From an uncultured Lachnospiraceae bacterium (GTDB lineage: Bacteria; Bacillota; Clostridia; Lachnospirales; Lachnospiraceae): a stretch of 49,931 nucleotides of DNA. Made by a program: the position numbers and the translations under genes. Below the pieces are notes generated by a model, which searched no databases, had not been told where the DNA came from, and saw only the letters and a list, made by a program, of their open reading frames with translations. Where the stretch lies: assembly GCA_902795775.1 (NCBI GenBank), contig CADBMP010000262.1, positions 1 to 49,931 on the forward strand, given 5' to 3'. This document shows positions 45,830 to 49,931 of this stretch, one piece after another; the first letter of the stretch is position 1; the number at the start of each line of letters is the position of its first letter.

Positions 45830-48469
45830 CTACAGCTTTTTCAGTTCAGCTTCCACCTTTGCCATCATGTTCTGATACTTCAAAAGCTTTTCTTTTTCCT
45901 CCGCAATCTTCTGTTCCGGTGCCTTGCTCATGAACTTTTCATTGTTCAACATTCCATTCACACGCTTTAACTCACCCTCCAGACGTTTCTTCTCCTTGGC
46001 AAGACGCTCCTTCTCCTTCTCAAAATCCACCAGATCAGCGAGCGGCATATAGGCTGTTACTTCCTTCGTCACCACAGAAACTGCATTCTCCTCAATTCCT
46101 GTCTTATCCTGCTGCACAAAGACCTCAGAAGCAAACATCAGATGTTTAAAGCTGTCTGCTATCTTTTCCAAACGTCCTTTCACTTCTGCATCATCTGTCA
46201 CCAGATAGACCTGTGCCTTTCTTGCATTTGCCACATTCATCTCTGTACGGATATTACGAATGCCTCTTGTAATCTCCTTCATGAGCTCTGCTGTTTTTTC
46301 CGCTGTCTCATTTACCCATGCTTCCTGAAAAACCGGCCATTTAGAAATCATGATGGATTCCTCTTCTGACTGAAGCGTGCAGAAAATTTCCTCCGTAATA
46401 AACGGCATATATGGATGAAGAAGCTTCAATGAATGAATGAGTACTGTCCGAAGTGTCCAAAAAGCAGCATTTGCAGATTCCGGTGCTTCCTCCTTTGCAA
46501 ACAATCTCGGCTTTACAAACTCAATGTACCAGTCGCAGAACTCCGTCCAGACAAAATCATAAATCTTCTGGACTGCCACACCAAGCTCATATTTCTCCAT
46601 GTTCTCGGTGACTTCCTTTGCAAGCGTATTCACAGCAGATAAAATCCACTTGTCCTCCACCTTTAACGAATCATATTCAGGTTCTGTAATCTCACGGTCC
46701 CCCAGATGCATCATAATAAACCTGGATGCATTCCAGACCTTATTGGCAAAATTACGGCTTGCCTCCACGCGCTCCCAATAAAAACGCATATCATTTCCCG
46801 GTGCGTTGTTTGTCACAAGCGTAAAACGAAGCGCATCTGCCCCGTATTTATCAATGACCTCCAACGGGTCAATTCCATTTCCAAGGGATTTGCTCATCTT
46901 CCGCCCCTGACTGTCCCTTACCAGTCCATGAATCAGGACCGTATCGAACGGAACGCTGCCGGTATGCTCCAACCCGGAAAACATCATCCGGATGACCCAG
47001 AAGAAAATGATATCATATCCAGTTACAAGCGTACTGGTTGGATAAAAGTAATCCATCTCCTCTGTCTTTTCCGGCCAGCCAAGCGTAGAAAACGGCCAAA
47101 GTGCTGAGGAAAACCAGGTATCTAAGGTATCCGGATCCTGCCTCATCTCTTTTCCACATTTTGGACACTTGCAGCTTTCCTCTTTTGTTACAGTCATCTC
47201 CCCACAATCATCACAGTAGAATGCCGGAATACGGTGGCCCCACCAAAGCTGTCTGGATATGCACCAGTCGCGGATTCCTTCCAGCCAGTGATAATACGTC
47301 TTGTCAAAATGAGGCGGCACAAACTTAGTATCTCCCTGTTTCACTGCTTCAATTGCAGGCTCCGCTAAGGATTTCATTGCAACGAACCACTGCTTTGATA
47401 CTCTCGGCTCTACTGTCGTATGGCAGCGGTAGCAGGTTCCCACATTATGCGCATGATCCTCAGTTTTTAAAAGCGCACCCTCTGCCTCTAAATCTGCCAC
47501 GATTGCCTTTCTTGCCTCATAACGGTCCATCCCGGCATATTTCGGATAATCCTCCACGATTTTTGCATCTTCTGTAAGCACATTAATAATCTCTAAATTA
47601 TGACGAAGCCCCACCTCAAAGTCGTTCGGGTCATGCGCAGGTGTAATCTTTACCACACCAGTTCCAAATTCCATATCCACATAATCATCTGCAATAATCG
47701 GAATCTGACGGTGCACGAGCGGCAGGTCAAGCATCTTCCCCACCATATCCTTATATCTTTCATCCTTTGGATTGACTGCGACAGCCGTATCACCCAGCAT
47801 GGTTTCCGGACGTGTCGTAGCAAGGTCGATATAACCGGTTCCATCCGTTGTTTTGTACCGCAGATGCCAGAAATGACCTGCCTGGTCTTCATACTCCACT
47901 TCTGCATCTGAAATAGACGTCAGGCACACCGGACACCAGTTGATGATGCGTTCTCCCCGGTAAATGAGTTTTTTATTATAAAGCTTGACAAAGACCTCTT
48001 TTACTGCTTTGTTGCAGCCCTCATCCATGGTAAAACGTTCCCTGTCCCAGTCGCAGGAGGAACCAATCTTTTTCAGCTGCTCCACAATACGCCCGCCATA
48101 CTGCTTTTTCCAGTCCCAGACCTGCTCTAAAAACTTCTCACGTCCAAGATCTTCCTTGGAAATTCCCTCTTTCCTGAGCTTTTCCACCACTTTCGCCTCT
48201 GTGGCAATGGAAGCGTGGTCCGTTCCCGGCACCCAGAGAGCTTCATATCCCTGCATCCTTTTAAAACGGATCAAAATATCCTGCAGCGTATTATCCAGCG
48301 CATGACCCATGTGAAGCTGACCTGTAATGTTTGGTGGCGGCATCACGATTGTAAACGGCTTTTTTTCACGATTCACTTCAGCATGAAAATACTTTTTTTC
48401 CTGCCACTTATCATACGTTCTTTTTTCAATGTCTGCGGGATTATAATTCTTTTCCAGTTCTTTTGCCAT
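45830..48469 (-). CDS. valS: Valyl-tRNA synthetase
   Basis: PPPNITGQLHMGH, DWCISRQLWWGH, DTWFSS, KMSKS and a C-terminal coiled coil. Confidence 0.98.
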   Translation of the reverse strand: MAKELEKNYNPADIEKRTYDKWQEKKYFHAEVNREKKPFTIVMPPPNITGQLHMGHALDNTLQDILIRFKRMQGYEALWVPGTDHASIATEAKVVEKLRKEGISKEDLGREKFLEQVWDWKKQYGGRIVEQLKKIGSSCDWDRERFTMDEGCNKAVKEVFVKLYNKKLIYRGERIINWCPVCLTSISDAEVEYEDQAGHFWHLRYKTTDGTGYIDLATTRPETMLGDTAVAVNPKDERYKDMVGKMLDLPLVHRQIPIIADDYVDMEFGTGVVKITPAHDPNDFEVGLRHNLEIINVLTEDAKIVEDYPKYAGMDRYEARKAIVADLEAEGALLKTEDHAHNVGTCYRCHTTVEPRVSKQWFVAMKSLAEPAIEAVKQGDTKFVPPHFDKTYYHWLEGIRDWCISRQLWWGHRIPAFYCDDCGEMTVTKEESCKCPKCGKEMRQDPDTLDTWFSSALWPFSTLGWPEKTEEMDYFYPTSTLVTGYDIIFFWVIRMMFSGLEHTGSVPFDTVLIHGLVRDSQGRKMSKSLGNGIDPLEVIDKYGADALRFTLVTNNAPGNDMRFYWERVEASRNFANKVWNASRFIMMHLGDREITEPEYDSLKVEDKWILSAVNTLAKEVTENMEKYELGVAVQKIYDFVWTEFCDWYIEFVKPRLFAKEEAPESANAAFWTLRTVLIHSLKLLHPYMPFITEEIFCTLQSEEESIMISKWPVFQEAWVNETAEKTAELMKEITRGIRNIRTEMNVANARKAQVYLVTDDAEVKGRLEKIADSFKHLMFASEVFVQQDKTGIEENAVSVVTKEVTAYMPLADLVDFEKEKERLAKEKKRLEGELKRVNGMLNNEKFMSKAPEQKIAEEKEKLLKYQNMMAKVEAELKKL

Positions 48470-48546
48470 AATTTCCAGTCCTTTCTTTTTTATTCTGCTA
48501 TTGGGATTTTTAACGATATTCTGCTATCGTTATGCGAATCAAAAGT

Positions 48547-48581
48547 AAAACGCCCTCTGTCATCATGAAGACAAAGGACGT
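48547..48581 (-). terminator. Terminator after rplT
   Basis: Minus strand ACGTCCTTTGTC-loop-GACAGAGGGCGT followed by TTT. Confidence 0.6.
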
Positions 48582-48602
48582 ATATTTTCATGCAATGTGC
48601 AA

Positions 48603-48959
48603 TTATGCAAGCTTTGATTTTGCAGTTTCTACTAAGGATGCAAATCCGTCCGGATCACTTACTGCCATCTCAGAAAGCATCTTTCTATTGATATCAATCT
48701 CAGCAAGCTTTAAGCCATGCATCAGCTTGCTGTAAGAAAGTCCATTCAATCTGGCTGCCGCATTGATACGGGCAATCCATAACCTTCTGAACTGTCTCTT
48801 TCTCTCCTTACGTCCTGCAAAGGAAGAAGCAAGCGCCCTCATGACCGACTGCTTAGCGACTCGGTACTGCTTTGATCTGGCTCCTCTATATCCTTTTGCA
48901 AGCTTTAACACCCTGTTATGTTTCTTCTTTGCATTTAATCCGCCTTTTACTCGTGCCAT
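48603..48959 (-). CDS. rplT: 50S ribosomal protein L20
   Basis: MARVKGG...AKGYRG...[12 protein letters not shown]...INRKMLSE. Confidence 0.98.
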   Translation of the reverse strand: MARVKGGLNAKKKHNRVLKLAKGYRGARSKQYRVAKQSVMRALASSFAGRKERKRQFRRLWIARINAAARLNGLSYSKLMHGLKLAEIDINRKMLSEMAVSDPDGFASLVETAKSKLA

Positions 48960-48976
48960 TTTTTTCTTCCTCCTTA

Positions 48977-49177
48977 TTATTTCTTATATGGAATCAGCTT
49001 CCTTGCTACCTTTACATTCGTAGCATCCATTTCCGTCTGTTTTCTCAGATTTCTTTTTCTTTTTGCAGTCTTCTTATTCAAGATATGGCTCTTATTTGCC
49101 TTCATTCTTACAATTTTACCGGAACCGGTAACCTTATAACGCTTTGCTGCTGCGCGCTTTGTCTTCATTTTTGGCAT
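48977..49177 (-). CDS. rpmI: 50S ribosomal protein L35
   Basis: [21 protein letters not shown]...HILNKK. Confidence 0.98.
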   Translation of the reverse strand: MPKMKTKRAAAKRYKVTGSGKIVRMKANKSHILNKKTAKRKRNLRKQTEMDATNVKVARKLIPYKK

Positions 49178-49373
49178 AATCTTATCCTCCTTAAACTTTT
49201 ACTTTCAAAACACAGTCCTGTCTGACACCGGATATTCCTCCCACCAGTTTTTCCTGCGTTTTTTAAGCTGTCTCCTTCTATTCCGGGAAATATTTCCCTT
49301 CTGAAAGCCTGTCTGAAGCCCTGCCCCTCTTCCAATGCAGCCTCCTGCTGCCGGAGCTTCTGTACATGCTTTT

Positions 49374-49880
49374 CTAACGCTTTTCTGACAAAAACATAAT
49401 CATGCTTCTGCCTTCCATTTTAGGACTTTTATCAATTACAGCAATATCCTCCAGTTTTTCATAAAAGGCATCCAGAATCTGCTTACTGTAACCAACATGT
49501 GCCATTTCTCTTCCACGAAAACGCAAAGTAACTTTCACTTTGTCTCCTTTCGCGATAAACTTCCTCGCCTGATTTGCTTTGGTATTCAAATCATTCTTAT
49601 CAATATTCGGAGAAAGACGTACTTCCTTCACTTCCATCGTTCTCTGCTTCTTTTTTGCTTCCTTTTCTTTTCTCGCCTGCTCGTAACGATACTTTCCATA
49701 ATCAATGATTTTGCATACCGGTGGTTTTGCACCCGGAGCAATCTTCACCAAGTCAAGATCTGCCTCTCTTGCAAGCTTCTGTGCCTCCTTGGAAGACATG
49801 ATTCCTAACTGCTCTCCATCCTGACCGATTACCCGGACTTCCTTGTCTCTAATTCTTTCATTAATCATTAACTCGCTAAT
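49374..49880 (-). CDS. infC: Translation initiation factor IF-3 (non-canonical ATT start)
   Basis: INERIR, PPVCKIIDYGKYRYE and FRGRE motifs. GGAGG precedes an in-frame ATT at 49880, 4 codons before the ATG used by the ORF track. Confidence 0.96.
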   Translation of the reverse strand: MSELMINERIRDKEVRVIGQDGEQLGIMSSKEAQKLAREADLDLVKIAPGAKPPVCKIIDYGKYRYEQARKEKEAKKKQRTMEVKEVRLSPNIDKNDLNTKANQARKFIAKGDKVKVTLRFRGREMAHVGYSKQILDAFYEKLEDIAVIDKSPKMEGRSMIMFLSEKR

Positions 49881-49931
49881 GGCTGTACACCTCCAAATAT
49901 TAATTTTTTAATGTTATGCGCCGCCTGTGCA

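Noticed and set aside
1-49931. Prophage, integrase, transposase, defence system, rRNA or tRNA
   Set aside because: None of the translated ORFs or intergenic regions show the corresponding motifs by eye; a tRNAscan or HMM run would be needed to exclude them formally.

Overview
This window is ~50 kb of core chromosome from a spore-forming, probably motile Clostridia-class bacterium (Lachnospiraceae-like; inferred from gene content and protein style). Most genes lie on the minus strand. Housekeeping blocks: infC-rpmI-rplT, valS, cysS-fur, trpS-aroC, purC-purF-purB-(HD-GYP)-purA, degV-proA-hydF-yigZ-rarA, galM and a partial rsmE. I saw no prophage, transposase, CRISPR array, rRNA or tRNA. The main points of interest are: (1) a tightly coupled lipid cluster (AUR1/PAP2-like phosphotransferase, MprF-like flippase domain, PssA, Psd, atypical PLP decarboxylase) that may make an undescribed phosphoethanolamine-modified lipid; (2) a full-length class A PBP that has lost the catalytic residues of both domains; (3) a hypothetical protein with two FliM/CheZ-like CheY-binding peptides, and a stand-alone FliD-like gene behind a sigma28-like promoter; (4) several non-coding structured elements, including a 175-bp MITE with 17-bp TIRs and an 8-bp TSD, a 135-bp perfect rod hairpin, and a palindromic repeat in the pur leader; (5) small, probably sporulation-regulated genes, one of them missing from the ORF track. 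All functional calls come from reading motifs by eye; no database searches were run.
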